In this document: positions 19,721 through 31,229 of the stretch, piece by piece
How positions within the stretch are numbered: position 1 is the first letter of the stretch
Layout: each line of letters begins with the position of its first letter
Assembly (NCBI RefSeq): GCF_028368995.1
Contig: NZ_JAQNDL010000001.1
Location: 2,912,001 to 2,976,000, forward strand
Source: Nannocystis bainbridge
GTDB lineage: Bacteria; Myxococcota_A; Polyangia; Nannocystales; Nannocystaceae
Reading direction: 5' to 3'
Length of the DNA: 64,000 bases
The notes under the pieces: model-generated
Told to the model about the DNA's origin: nothing
What the model saw: the letters and a program-made list of their open reading frames with translations, nothing else
The model's database searches: none
Program-made: the position numbers and the translations under genes

Positions 19721-20959
19721 TCAGGAGGTGGGGCGACGTCGTTCCACGACCGCGCGGTACTCGGCGGTGAGGGTGGCCAGCTCGGCGGCCTTGTCATCGG
19801 CAGGGCGGGTGGATGTCGCTCGCTCGGCGTGATCCATCTGCCGGTTCGCGCGGATGATCGCGGTGGTGGCCGGGCGCCGGTCGTTCTCGTACCGCTCCAG
19901 AGCAGCGGGCACGTCGCCGCCGCGGGAGAGTTCGGCGGCGAGGGCGGTGGCGTCGAGAATGGCCTGAGAGGCGCCGTTGGCGCCGATCGGGTACATCAGG
20001 TGCGCGGCGTCGCCTAACAGGGTGACGCGGCCCTGACCCCAGCGGTCGAGCGGCTCGCGGTCGATCATGGGGTAGCGCAGGATCTGTGCGCTGCGCTCGA
20101 AGACGTCGCGCACGTCGAGCCATCCCAGGTCCCAGTGGGCCACGTGGGGCAGGATGTCGGCGAGCTGGCCGGGCACGTCCCAGCCCGCGCTGCTGACCGG
20201 CCCCGGCGTGCCGATGCGAGCGAGCAGGACCCAATTGAGCAGCGCCTCGCCACGCGCGGCGTGCCGGGCGGAGATCGGGTACGCGATCAGGCGCGTGGCC
20301 CGCTGGTCGTTGGCGAGGATCATCGAGTGGCCGTCGAGGAAACCGCCCATCTCGGTCAGGCCGCGCCACATGACCACCCCGGCTCCGTTGAGCGCTCCGT
20401 GTTCGGGGTGGAGGCAGCCACGCACGACCGAATGCAGCCCGTCGGCGCCGATCAGGGCGGCGGCCTCGAACGTGAAGTCGGCGCCGTGGACCCGGTCATG
20501 GACGTGCACGCGGACGCCGCCGCCGGTCTGCTGGAGGTCGTGCAGCCGCACCCCGGTGCGAATCGCGTGGTCGCCGAGCCGTTCGCGGACCGCGTTCAGC
20601 AGCAGCGTCTGCAGCTCGCCGCGATGGATGGAGTACTGCGGGCACGGATAGCCTGCAGCGATGCCGCGCGGCTCGGTCCACAGGGTGACGCCCGTGTGAT
20701 CGATGTAGCGGTGTTCGCGGGTGGGGATGCCGGTCGCCGCCATCGCGTCCCCCAGCCCGAGGGCGGTCAGCTCGGCGACCGCGGCCGGCTGGATGTTGAT
20801 CCCGACACCGAGCGGGCGGAGCTCGACGGCGGCCTCCAGGATGGTCGTGGTAATGCCGCGAGCGTGCAGGGCGAGGGCGGCGGTCAGCCCGCCGATCCCG
20901 GCCCCTGCGATCACGATGTCGGCGGTGGTGTCATTGCTCGTGGCGACGGACAGGGCCAT
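19721..20959 (-). CDS. phzS: FAD-dependent monooxygenase, PhzS-like
   Basis: IAGAGIGGL, LRPLGVGINIQP, QYSIHRGELQ, GADGLHS and LLGDAAHLMYPIGANGASQAILDA; last gene of the phz operon. Confidence 0.82.
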   Translation of the reverse strand: MALSVATSNDTTADIVIAGAGIGGLTAALALHARGITTTILEAAVELRPLGVGINIQPAAVAELTALGLGDAMAATGIPTREHRYIDHTGVTLWTEPRGIAAGYPCPQYSIHRGELQTLLLNAVRERLGDHAIRTGVRLHDLQQTGGGVRVHVHDRVHGADFTFEAAALIGADGLHSVVRGCLHPEHGALNGAGVVMWRGLTEMGGFLDGHSMILANDQRATRLIAYPISARHAARGEALLNWVLLARIGTPGPVSSAGWDVPGQLADILPHVAHWDLGWLDVRDVFERSAQILRYPMIDREPLDRWGQGRVTLLGDAAHLMYPIGANGASQAILDATALAAELSRGGDVPAALERYENDRRPATTAIIRANRQMDHAERATSTRPADDKAAELATLTAEYRAVVERRRPTS

Positions 20960-20981
20960 GGGTCGTACTCCCGCGAATGGT

Positions 20982-21614
20982 TCAAGGCTGCAGCCGGGCG
21001 CTCTTCCAGCCCCCGGGCGCGAGGTCGAAGCGCAGCCGGCGATGCAGTCGGTTGGAGCTCGACGCCCAGAACTCGAGCGCGAGCGGCTGGAGGGCATAGA
21101 CCATGAAGCGCTCCGGGCAAGGCAGCGCGCCCAGATCCGCGAGCCGCTGCGCCTCGTCGAGCAGCGCCGCAGACGAGACCAGGGGCTCGCTCTGGCGCGA
21201 AGCCGTCGACATCGAGTGCAGCAGGACCGGGCGCCGGTTCCACTCCGTGACGGCGCGTTCCCGCGACAGCGCCACGACCTTGCCGCTCACCGAGAGCTGG
21301 CGGCTGAGCTCGCGCCAGTAGAAGTGGCCACACGCGAACGGGACCGCCGTGGCGTCCTCGATCTTGCGGCTGGTGGCATGGGTCGCGAAGACCACGCCGA
21401 CGTCGGCGAACTCGAGGATGGCCATCACGCGCGACGACATCAGCCCCGAGCCGTTCGCTGTGACGAGCACCATGGCGCGCGGCTCGCAGACCTCCGCCTC
21501 GATCGCCTCGCGCAGCCATCGCTGGCCGATCGCGATCGGGTCGTCCGGTGGGTCGTCGTACTCGGGAAAGGCGAGGTCCGCCTCGCCGGTCATGCTTTCG
21601 AGTGTGCTGCTCAT
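20982..21614 (-). CDS. phzG: Phenazine biosynthesis FMN-dependent oxidase (PNPOx family)
   Basis: ESMTG..FPEYDDPP, EPRAMVL, FYWRELSRQ and EFW..RLHRRLRF..WKSARLQP. Confidence 0.88.
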   Translation of the reverse strand: MSSTLESMTGEADLAFPEYDDPPDDPIAIGQRWLREAIEAEVCEPRAMVLVTANGSGLMSSRVMAILEFADVGVVFATHATSRKIEDATAVPFACGHFYWRELSRQLSVSGKVVALSRERAVTEWNRRPVLLHSMSTASRQSEPLVSSAALLDEAQRLADLGALPCPERFMVYALQPLALEFWASSSNRLHRRLRFDLAPGGWKSARLQP

Positions 21615-21623
21615 GAGTGACTC

Positions 21624-22466
21624 TCAGATGAAGTAACTGCCGACGGCGATTTGATAGCCGTAGCCCCCCGCCTCGAGGCGCGGCCCGTCCCGCTCCGTGC
21701 GGGCGGTCGCGTCCATGCGCGATGCTCGGCCCATCTCCACGCCCTGGGTGATCCTGATCTTTTCGCCGAACGCCGCCCGACCGTGCCGCACCAAATGCAG
21801 CGCCAGCGGGCCAGCCGCCGAGCCTGTGGCGGCGTCCTCGTTCACGCCGTAAGCGGGCGAGAACATGCGCAGGCGCCAGCCGCCGGCGCCGTCCGGGCAA
21901 AAGCACAGGGCCGCCATGTCGAAGTGGCTCGCCAGCCGGTTGAGATCCGGCCGTACCTCGCCGAGCGCGGCGACGTCTCTCACCCCGACGAACACGTGCC
22001 GCGGCCCCACGTCATACATCTCGACCGGCGACGTGCTCGCTTCGAGGCCCAAAGCCGCAAGGAGCTCGGGCTCGCGTTCATACCGGGACACGACGGGGCT
22101 CGGCTGCTCCATCTGCACGTAGGCAGTGAACGGCCGCGCCTTGACGCGCTCGACGGCGAACCGAAACGTGCCCTTTCGCGTCTCGAATTGCATCTCGTTC
22201 AAGCCGCGATCTTCTGCCAGAGCCACGGCGGTGCCGAGCAGCGGATGGCCTGCGAAGCCCAGCTCGTTGACGGGCGTGAAGATCCGGACCTCGAACGTCC
22301 CGCCCTTCCGCGGCGCACGGACGAAGGTCGTCTCGGAGAGATGGAGCTCGGCGGCCAGGCTCTGCATGTCCCCGTCGTCCAGATCGTCGCAGGCGAAGAA
22401 CACCGCGACGGGGTTGCCGGTGAAGCGCTCCTGGCCGAAGGCGTTGACTACGGTGTATCTGTGCAT
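21624..22466 (-). CDS. phzF: PhzF DHHA isomerase
   Basis: GNPVAVF, LSETTF, RIFTPVNELGFAGHPLLG and EDAATGSAAG. Confidence 0.92.
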   Translation of the reverse strand: MHRYTVVNAFGQERFTGNPVAVFFACDDLDDGDMQSLAAELHLSETTFVRAPRKGGTFEVRIFTPVNELGFAGHPLLGTAVALAEDRGLNEMQFETRKGTFRFAVERVKARPFTAYVQMEQPSPVVSRYEREPELLAALGLEASTSPVEMYDVGPRHVFVGVRDVAALGEVRPDLNRLASHFDMAALCFCPDGAGGWRLRMFSPAYGVNEDAATGSAAGPLALHLVRHGRAAFGEKIRITQGVEMGRASRMDATARTERDGPRLEAGGYGYQIAVGSYFI

Positions 22467-22750
22467 CTTGCTCTCTCCACCAATTCGAAAACGATTCGGT
22501 GGTCGGGCGGCCTGCCGATGAGCTCGGCGGAGACGTTGCGCGGCAGGCTCGCCCGGTCCGGCTTCTCGCCGTGCCACAGCATCAGGGCCCCCCAGCGGCG
22601 CGTCTCCTCGGAGACGAGCCAGAGCTTCGTCGTAAGGTTCGGGACGCGCTCCCATTCGGCGAACGCCTGCTGAATCACCGGGCTCGCCGCCAATGCGTCG
22701 GGATCGGGATCGCCGGCGCCGAGGTCCCACCACGCCAATTCAATCCGCAT
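22448..22750 (-). CDS. Small YdhR-like (dimeric alpha/beta barrel) protein inside the phz operon
   Basis: 100 aa; WERVPNLTTKLWL..RRWGALMLW. Overlaps both phzE and phzF, suggesting translational coupling. Confidence 0.6.
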   Translation of the reverse strand: MRIELAWWDLGAGDPDPDALAASPVIQQAFAEWERVPNLTTKLWLVSEETRRWGALMLWHGEKPDRASLPRNVSAELIGRPPDHRIVFELVERARCTDTP

Positions 22751-24614
22751 ACCCCAGGCCTCCGACCGAGAACACCGCGTCGCGCAAGATCCGGGGCCCG
22801 TCCTTCGTCAGCACCGACTCGGGGTGGAACTGCATGGAGCAGAAGCTCGGCCCCTTCAGCCCATGCACCTGATTCGACACGGGGTCGCGATAGACGTTCA
22901 CCGCGCCCCACGGGCTGTCGAAGCGGTCGGCCGCGGAGATGGCCGCGAAGGTGTTGTAGAAGCCGGCCGTCTCCAGCTTGCCGAAGATCGAGATCCGCTT
23001 CTGGAGGCCCTGGTTCGGCGCGGGGAGCCGCTGGATCGGCAGCCCCAGCAACGAGCTCAGCATCTGGTGCCCGAGGCAGATCGCGAGGAACGGCCGGGCC
23101 GCCTCCATCGCGGCCAGCATCAAGCGCCGGCTGGCCGCGACCCGCGGGTCCGTCAGCTTGCACGGGTCGCCGGGGCCCGGCCCGACGACCAGCAGCTCGG
23201 AGTCGCGGACCTCGCCGATGGTGGCGTACGACTCGACCCTCACGTCCAGGCCGAGCTCGCGCAGCAGATACTGCAGCATCGAGGTGAACGCGTCCTCGTT
23301 GTCGAGGATGGCGATGGCGGTCGCCTCGCCGCGACGCGAGACCGGCCGACGGGCGCATGCTTGCTCGCCGAGCCAGAAGCTCGAGAGGCGCCCGCTCCAC
23401 CTGCCGAGCGACTGCGCGACCGCGTCCTTCTTCGTCAGGTCGGCGAGCGAGCCGCCGCCGATGGCATTTTGCAGCGCGGCCGCTTTGGCCGCGGTCTCTT
23501 TCGTCTCGGACTGCGGGTCCGACTCGCGGACCAGGGTCGCGCCGACGCCGATCGCCAGCTTGCCGTCGTTCTCGATCTCGGCCGTGCGGATCAGGATCGC
23601 CGAGTCGAGCCGCGGGCCTGCCTCGTCCTCCTCGACGATAGCCGCGAGCCCGCTGTAGTACGAGCGCCCGCAGGTCTCGTAGCGGGCGATCACGCGGGTC
23701 GCGTTCTCCAGCGGGCTGCCGACGACGGTCGGCGCGAACATCGAGCGCTTCAGGATCTCGGCCACGGGCAGCTCGGTGGTGCCTTCGATGCGATAGCCGA
23801 CGTGAGCCAGTCGCGACATCTGGATCAGGTAGGGCCCGTACGCGCGGACGTCCGCGCTGCAGATGTCGGTCATCATCTTCAGCTCTTCGTCGAGGACCAT
23901 CGACAGCTCGTCCTCCTCCTTCCCGTTCTGCAGGAACTCGAGCACGCCCTCCTGCGTCGGGCCGAGCGCGGGGAACCTGTAGGTGCCGCTGATCGGGGTC
24001 ATGGTGACGTTCTTCGCCTGGAGCTTGATGTGCAGCTCGGGCGAGGCGCCGACGAACGTGATGCCGCGCATGCGGATGAAGAACGTCCAGTACGCGCCGC
24101 GCTCCTGGCGGAGGAGGTTGCGGAAGATCATCAGCCCGACGCGGTCGTCGTAGGCGTCGAGGCCGCCGACGAGCGTGCGCTTGATGACGAAGTTCGACCC
24201 TTCGCCGGTGCCGATCTCCTGGCGGATGACGCGGTCGACGATGTCCGCGTAGGCGGCGTCGTCCGGCGTGAATGCGCAGTCGCGCAGATGGACCTGAGCC
24301 TCGGGCAGCGCCGCCAGTGCCGCCTCGAGCGGCAGGGTCTGATACTCGTCGACGCAGAGCGCCAGCGTCGGCTTGTGGTCGTCCTTGACCGTGAAGCCGC
24401 GCTCGGCGATCTGGCGGTAGGGCGCGACGACGAGCGTCCCCCAGCGGCCCTTCGCGCGCTGTTCGGCCTGGATCTGGCTCAGGTCGTCGAACGCGGCCAG
24501 GATGCGCTCGGTCCCCGCCATCACCTCGATCGTCGGCGCGCCGAACCGGTCGGGGCGAAAGACCAGCGCGTAAGCGTCGAGTTGCCCCGCGAGGGCTCGT
24601 TGCAGGATCGTCAT
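22740..24614 (-). CDS. phzE: PhzE 2-amino-2-deoxyisochorismate synthase (MST + GATase)
   Basis: EIGTGEGSNFVIKR, GAYWTF, GASPE, GVGATLVRESDP, DNEDAFT, GPGPGDP, ICLGHQ and QFHPES. Confidence 0.92.
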   Translation of the reverse strand: MTILQRALAGQLDAYALVFRPDRFGAPTIEVMAGTERILAAFDDLSQIQAEQRAKGRWGTLVVAPYRQIAERGFTVKDDHKPTLALCVDEYQTLPLEAALAALPEAQVHLRDCAFTPDDAAYADIVDRVIRQEIGTGEGSNFVIKRTLVGGLDAYDDRVGLMIFRNLLRQERGAYWTFFIRMRGITFVGASPELHIKLQAKNVTMTPISGTYRFPALGPTQEGVLEFLQNGKEEDELSMVLDEELKMMTDICSADVRAYGPYLIQMSRLAHVGYRIEGTTELPVAEILKRSMFAPTVVGSPLENATRVIARYETCGRSYYSGLAAIVEEDEAGPRLDSAILIRTAEIENDGKLAIGVGATLVRESDPQSETKETAAKAAALQNAIGGGSLADLTKKDAVAQSLGRWSGRLSSFWLGEQACARRPVSRRGEATAIAILDNEDAFTSMLQYLLRELGLDVRVESYATIGEVRDSELLVVGPGPGDPCKLTDPRVAASRRLMLAAMEAARPFLAICLGHQMLSSLLGLPIQRLPAPNQGLQKRISIFGKLETAGFYNTFAAISAADRFDSPWGAVNVYRDPVSNQVHGLKGPSFCSMQFHPESVLTKDGPRILRDAVFSVGGLGYAD

Positions 24615-25243
24615 TGTTTGCACACCTCGCTCACGGGCAGGACCTTCGCGCAGCATTCAGCCGCGTAGCTCAACGCTTGCGCGTGCTTCTGCTTCGAGAA
24701 GTCGGCGATCGCGTCCTGGACCAGGAAGACCTGGATGTCGCGCGAGTAGGCGTCGATGGCGCTGGCCAGCACGCCGATGTGGGCGTAGACGCCGCAGATG
24801 ATGATCTGGTCGCGGGCGTGCTCGCGGAACCCCTCGTCGAGCGCCGTGGCGTAGAACGCACTGTATCGCCACTTCGCCAGCACCGGGTCCTGGGGCCGCG
24901 GCGCAATCTCCTCGGGGATCGCGGTGTGGGTGGCCGCGCTGCTCATCCCCTTGCCCCAGATGTCGTAGAGGAGGCCGCGCTCCTTCGGCGACATGTCGCC
25001 GCGCTGCGCCGTGTAGAAGATCGGGACGTCGTGCGCGCGAGCGTGCTCGACGAGCTTCCTGCAGCCCTCGACCAGGCTCCGGCGCACCGCCGGCGGCAGC
25101 AGGTCGAGGAAGTAATTTTGCATGTCGTGGACGAGCAGGAGGCTGCGGCGGTCGTCCTGGGCCCACGCGACGATGTTCGCGGCGCTGAGCTCGGGCGCGT
25201 GCAGCTCGTAGTCCTCGATGCGAGGGAAGACCATGTCGTTCAT
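24611..25243 (-). CDS. phzD: PhzD isochorismatase
   Basis: LLVHDMQNYF, KWRYSAF, CGVYAHIG and DAIADFS. Confidence 0.92.
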   Translation of the reverse strand: MNDMVFPRIEDYELHAPELSAANIVAWAQDDRRSLLLVHDMQNYFLDLLPPAVRRSLVEGCRKLVEHARAHDVPIFYTAQRGDMSPKERGLLYDIWGKGMSSAATHTAIPEEIAPRPQDPVLAKWRYSAFYATALDEGFREHARDQIIICGVYAHIGVLASAIDAYSRDIQVFLVQDAIADFSKQKHAQALSYAAECCAKVLPVSEVCKQ

Positions 25244-25707
25244 AGCGGGAGCCCCTTGCGGACGATCTGCGGGACCGGGAGGCCCAGCGCCTTGAACTGC
25301 TGGACCGGGTTCATGAACTCGCGCTGGAGCGCGATCTTGCCGGCCTCGAACCTGAAGTAGTGAATGAAGTGGTTCTCGTAGTGGCCCTCGGGGTAGCCGT
25401 CGAAGCGGATGGCGCCCCTGCCGTCGCACTCGACCCAGAACACGTTCGGGTCCTGGGTGTCGAAGATCGTGACGTCGTACCACTGCCAGTCCGGGAAGCA
25501 CTTCAGCGACCACACGGCGTGCGCGGCGAGGCGGTCCTTGCCGCGGATCATGATCGGCTCGCCGGTATCGCTGGTCCACAGGCCGCCGCAGCCGTCCGCG
25601 GTGAACAGCTCGTGGCGCTGCAGGCGGGCCTGCCCGCGGGTCTCCATGTACTGCCGCACGATCTGGCGATTGGACTGGCGCACTTCGGTGTCGGACATGG
25701 TGCTCAT
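25240..25707 (-). CDS. phzB: PhzA/PhzB family protein
   Basis: RHELFTADGCGGLWT, WSLKCFPDWQW, FWVECDGRG and YENHFIH..REFMNP. Confidence 0.93.
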   Translation of the reverse strand: MSTMSDTEVRQSNRQIVRQYMETRGQARLQRHELFTADGCGGLWTSDTGEPIMIRGKDRLAAHAVWSLKCFPDWQWYDVTIFDTQDPNVFWVECDGRGAIRFDGYPEGHYENHFIHYFRFEAGKIALQREFMNPVQQFKALGLPVPQIVRKGLPL

Positions 25708-25937
25708 TGGGCAATTCCTTTCGAGAGGCGCTCGTGAATTTCATTCACGAGAGGAACTGGGCGCTGGCCCTCGACGCGTAGCATGACGCGGGTCCGGCAG
25801 CGCGACAGCCGGCGAGCTCCGGCGGGTGATGCTATCCACACGAGGTAACGGCGCTGAAATCAGTCCTATGATTCGCGGACGGCGGCGCCGTCACGGGCAA
25901 TGCACCGACGACGCCGATGCATCGTGCCGCCAGCGCC

Positions 25938-27326
<1,389 letters not shown>

Positions 27327-28112
27327 GGGAAACTCCTAGCAGGCCCGACCAGGGTAGCGCCCCATCGCCGTCTCGCCTCGGCGTTACAGGCGCGTGCGGA
27401 TGACGGGCGGCCGTCGTCACAGTCCTCGGGCACACGCGCCCCCCGGCGCTCAACGGTCATATGTCCTCTGGAACACGTACCTTCGGACACCACGGCCTTC
27501 GACTTCGGCGCCTGCTGCGAGACCGAGGATGCGTCGTCGTCGGCGATCGGGACGGCGAAGTCACGGTCGGGCGTCGATGTGGGAGCGCGAGGAGTACCTC
27601 CATTCCGGGCGCGAGTGCGCTGCGGCGGAGTGTGTGACGGGGTGACTGTTAAAAATCCTCCGGTCCACCTTTGGCCACTCGGAGCCGGGCGGCGCAGGCG
27701 ATCACGCATCGGGCCCGAACGAGTCGGCGCCACGACTGCGCAGCGCGCCGTGCGGAGCGACCAGCGCATCGCTTCGAAACGCCGCGCAGCGGCACGAGCG
27801 GCGGGCCGGCCCACGCGCAGCGCGATCAGCGGCCCGGTGAACGGCGAGGCTTCATCGTCTCTGCCGCGGTCCAGTTTCGCCGCGTATGGAGAGAGGATCA
27901 TGGCATTGGTGTGGGCGCATTCACGGGCTCGAAATGGCACGTCCTGATGATGCCTGTCCTTGGGGACATCCCGCATGATCTGCAAAAATGACGCGCCGTG
28001 CCGGCTCTCACCGGCGGCTGGCGCGTCCGTTGCCCGCAAAAGCGGGGGTGCTACCTCTGAACGTGATCGTTTTTGCAGCTCGGCGCGGATCGGCGTCGGG
28101 CCCCAAGGCAGC

Positions 28113-29432
28113 ATGAAACCGCTCCGCTTGATCCCGGCTCTGATTTCGTTCGTCTGCGGCTGCGCTGACGGAGCGGGCGGCTCGGACGATCTGCTGTTCG
28201 ACCCGCTGTCGATGCCCAGGACGCCCACGGTCGGGCTCGACAGCTTCGCCTCGGCGGACGATTGCGGCCTGTGCCACCAGGGCCATTACGACGAGTGGGC
28301 CACCTCGGCGCACGCCTATGCGATGAAAGATCCGGTGTTTCGCGCGTTCGTGGCGATCCGGCAGGAGAACTACGCCGGCAAGCAGGACAAGTTCTGCTTG
28401 CAGTGCCACAGCCCGATCGGCACCCGCGGCGGGGACATCGTGGCCGGCTTCGAATTCGCCGATCTGCAGCCTATCACCCTCGAGGGCGTGACGTGCGAGA
28501 GCTGCCACAAGGTGGCCTCTCTGGCCCGCCCGTACAACAGCGGGCACGTGCTCGACCCCGACGGGCCGATGCGCGGCACCATCGCCGCGCCGATCCCCAG
28601 CTCCTTCCATGAATCGCAATTCTCGCCGCTCCACGGCGGCTCGGGCTTCTGCGCGGGGTGCCACGACCTCCGCGAGGTCAGCGGCCTGGTGCTGGAGCGC
28701 CCTTACGCCGAATGGCAGCAGTCTCCCGCGGCGGAGATCGGCGTGCAATGCCAGGACTGCCACATGCCGCGTTACGAGGGCCAGGCGGTGCCAGGCGGCC
28801 CCACGCGAACGCTTCACCGGCACACGTGGATCGGCGCCGGCATCCCGCTGCTGGAGGGCTTCCTCACCGAAGACGAGGAGGCGGTGCATCGCGTGGAGGT
28901 CGAGCGGCTGCTCGCAGACGCCGCGCGGGTCGACATCGCGGCGCCCTCGTCCGTCGTCACCGGCGATACGCTCGAGCTCGGCATCACCGTCAAGAACAAC
29001 ATCTCCGCCCACAACTTCCCCACCGGCTCGACCTTCAATCGCCAGGCCTGGGTCGAGGTCGTCGTGCGCGACGGCGACGGTCGCGTCGTGTTCGCCACCG
29101 GCACGCTCGACGCGAGCGGAGAGCCGCACGGCCCCGAGCCGCTGCTGCTCGGCTCCGTCCTCGTCGACGCGCGCGGCCAGCGGGTCCTGTTCCCCTGGCG
29201 CGCGGCGGAGCACCTTTCGAACGCCATCGAGCCGCTGCGCGAGCGGGCGCTCCGGCTGAGCGTCGCCACCGCGAGCGCCGGACGCGGGCCGCTCTCGGTG
29301 GAGGCGCGCGTCCTGTTCCGCGCCTTCTCGCCCGCCGCGCTGCGGGCCCTCGGCCTCGACGAGTACGCCGCCAGGCTCGAGGTGCACGAGGTCTCGCGCG
29401 ACCTCGCCAGCGTCGAGCTGCGCCGGCGATGA
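28113..29432 (+). CDS. Pentaheme c-type cytochrome lipoprotein (c554/c552-like)
   Basis: Five CxxCH motifs (CGLCH, CLQCH, CESCH, CAGCH, CQDCH) and AHNFPTG; lipoprotein-like N-terminus. Confidence 0.85.
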   Translation: MKPLRLIPALISFVCGCADGAGGSDDLLFDPLSMPRTPTVGLDSFASADDCGLCHQGHYDEWATSAHAYAMKDPVFRAFVAIRQENYAGKQDKFCLQCHSPIGTRGGDIVAGFEFADLQPITLEGVTCESCHKVASLARPYNSGHVLDPDGPMRGTIAAPIPSSFHESQFSPLHGGSGFCAGCHDLREVSGLVLERPYAEWQQSPAAEIGVQCQDCHMPRYEGQAVPGGPTRTLHRHTWIGAGIPLLEGFLTEDEEAVHRVEVERLLADAARVDIAAPSSVVTGDTLELGITVKNNISAHNFPTGSTFNRQAWVEVVVRDGDGRVVFATGTLDASGEPHGPEPLLLGSVLVDARGQRVLFPWRAAEHLSNAIEPLRERALRLSVATASAGRGPLSVEARVLFRAFSPAALRALGLDEYAARLEVHEVSRDLASVELRRR

Positions 29433-29515
29433 TCGCAAGGCGGGTCGGCGCAGTACCCGGCACGAAGCGAGGTGAGCCCAGCCCGGCGCGGAGGCCCCGG
29501 TGAAGCATGGTATGA

Positions 29516-30226
29516 GTGGCGCCCATGGGCTGGTACACCACCAACGCGGACGACACCTTCCAGTGGAAGTACGGCGACGTGGTCGCCCTCGCGCGCGCCT
29601 CGGGCCTCGGCGCGCTCGTCCTCCTCCCTCGCCTCCAGGTGGTCGACGAAGACGGCGAGTTCTTCGACGGCGAGGAGTTCATCGGACCGATCCAGCAGTG
29701 GGCGATCGAGCAAGAGCTGCCGTGGGAGCAGCCGATCTTGTTCGATCGGGACGACGGGCACGACGAGGCCGTGCCCGTCCCCGGCGACGTCGACGTGACC
29801 GCGCGGCTCGAGCAGTGGGCGAGGGTCCTCCGCACCAACCGCGCGTCGTTGATCGCCGCCCTGCGCCACTTCAACGACGTGGACCACGACGCGTTCGTGC
29901 GCGCCTCGCTCGCCACGGAGGCGATCTGGCGCCTCCCGGAGTCGGACTACGGCGCCCTGATCGCGTGGCTGAACGAGCCGCTCGTAGAGACGGGCGCGCC
30001 GAGGTTCTCGCTCGAAGACCTGCGCGAGGGCGACTTCGACGACGACGAGTACGAGCCCAGCGAGGCGACGCAGGCCGCCCTCGACGCGCTGCCTGCAGGC
30101 GACGATACGCGCGTGATGGCGGCCCACGCGCTCGGGCACGCGCTCGTCGAGGGCTCGCCGCTCGAGCTGTGCCAGCCCGGCGACAGCTACTCGCTGGCGC
30201 TCTGGGGCGACGAGGACGACGAGTAG
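29516..30226 (+). CDS. Acidic hypothetical protein
   Basis: Protein-like composition and high GC at codon position 3; no motif recognised. Confidence 0.55.
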   Translation: MAPMGWYTTNADDTFQWKYGDVVALARASGLGALVLLPRLQVVDEDGEFFDGEEFIGPIQQWAIEQELPWEQPILFDRDDGHDEAVPVPGDVDVTARLEQWARVLRTNRASLIAALRHFNDVDHDAFVRASLATEAIWRLPESDYGALIAWLNEPLVETGAPRFSLEDLREGDFDDDEYEPSEATQAALDALPAGDDTRVMAAHALGHALVEGSPLELCQPGDSYSLALWGDEDDE

Positions 30227-30863
30227 CTCCGCCGCGGCTCTGCGCCTCCGTTCGTCGACCCACCCGAGCACTTCCGTTCCACGCTGGCGCCATGTGGCGC
30301 TCGCCTTGATGAAGGCTTCCTTGAATCGTCTGCGCGGTACTTGGTGACGATTTCCTCTCGCAGCGCCACGGGAAGTTTATTGATCCCCATTTCCCAACAC
30401 ATCGAGAAGGACACCCCAATCCTCGACTCGGTCGAGATCAGGCCGTTCATGCCGGATTGAGGGGCCTTGGTGCCGCGCATACGACCGGTGTATGAAATCG
30501 CGCCTGCCTCGCAGGCCGCCAGTTCGGTGGCCAGTCTGGAGCGGAAATGCATCGACCCGTCGGATTGGGGCGACTTCGCGCGCGGATCGTCATTCATTCC
30601 GCCGGCCGCGCAGCTGCTCACATTCGAGCAGCGTCGAGCTTGGCGTTTCGACGATGAGCGACGCGGGGCAGAACAGCGTCTTCGCGGATTCGTCGAGCCG
30701 GCGCCAGAGAGACGACAGGGACGAACATCGTCCGTCGCGCACGCTGCGCATGTGCGACGATGCATTCCGTTATCATCGATACTATCGCTGCGGTCGCGTC
30801 GGACCCGCTGGCCAATTGCCGACCTCGTCCATGGGCCGTACCTACCCCCCCGGGAGAGTGCCC

Positions 30864-31151
30864 ATGACAGAAGAAATCAAGGTTGGGGAGGTCGCGAAGG
30901 ACCTCCAACTCGTGCTGAATGAGCTGAAGAATGTGCTCAGCACGGCACGCCGCCAGGAAGCGGAGCATCCCCGGAGCTGCGAAGGATGCGGCGGATGCCA
31001 TGGTTGTCACAACTGCCACGGCTGCGGCGGTTGCAGCGGCTGCGGCGGCTGCAGCGGCTGCGGCGGCGGGTGCCACGGGTGCCACGGGTGCCACGGGTGC
31101 GGCGGTTGCCACGGCTGCGGCGGTTGCCACGGTTGTGGTGGCTGCGGTTGA
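30864..31151 (+). CDS. TOMM/heterocycloanthracin-like RiPP precursor (38-aa leader, 57-aa Cys/Gly/His core)
   Basis: GGAGAG RBS; [38 protein letters not shown] followed by 19 Cys in C-x-G triplets; directly upstream of YcaO. Confidence 0.9.
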   Translation: MTEEIKVGEVAKDLQLVLNELKNVLSTARRQEAEHPRSCEGCGGCHGCHNCHGCGGCSGCGGCSGCGGGCHGCHGCHGCGGCHGCGGCHGCGGCG

Positions 31152-31229
31152 TCCAACGTTAACGACAATCCCTTGATCGACGCAGCACGGTCCCGGGCCG
31201 TGTTGCGTCGAACCCACTCCGATCTGGGC

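Noticed and set aside
27930-27950. Sigma-54 promoter (TGGCACG) between phzC and the cytochrome
   Set aside because: The -12 TTGC element is missing at the required spacing.
30187-30765. Possible CDS or protease/transporter for the RiPP upstream of the precursor
   Set aside because: No frame gives a recognisable protein. It is probably promoter region or degenerate sequence, and no RiPP protease or exporter was identified in the window.
30978-31151. Multiheme cytochrome c suggested by repeated CxxCH
   Set aside because: The motifs overlap every three residues, there is no export signal, and the gene heads a YcaO/SagB cluster. A RiPP precursor fits better.
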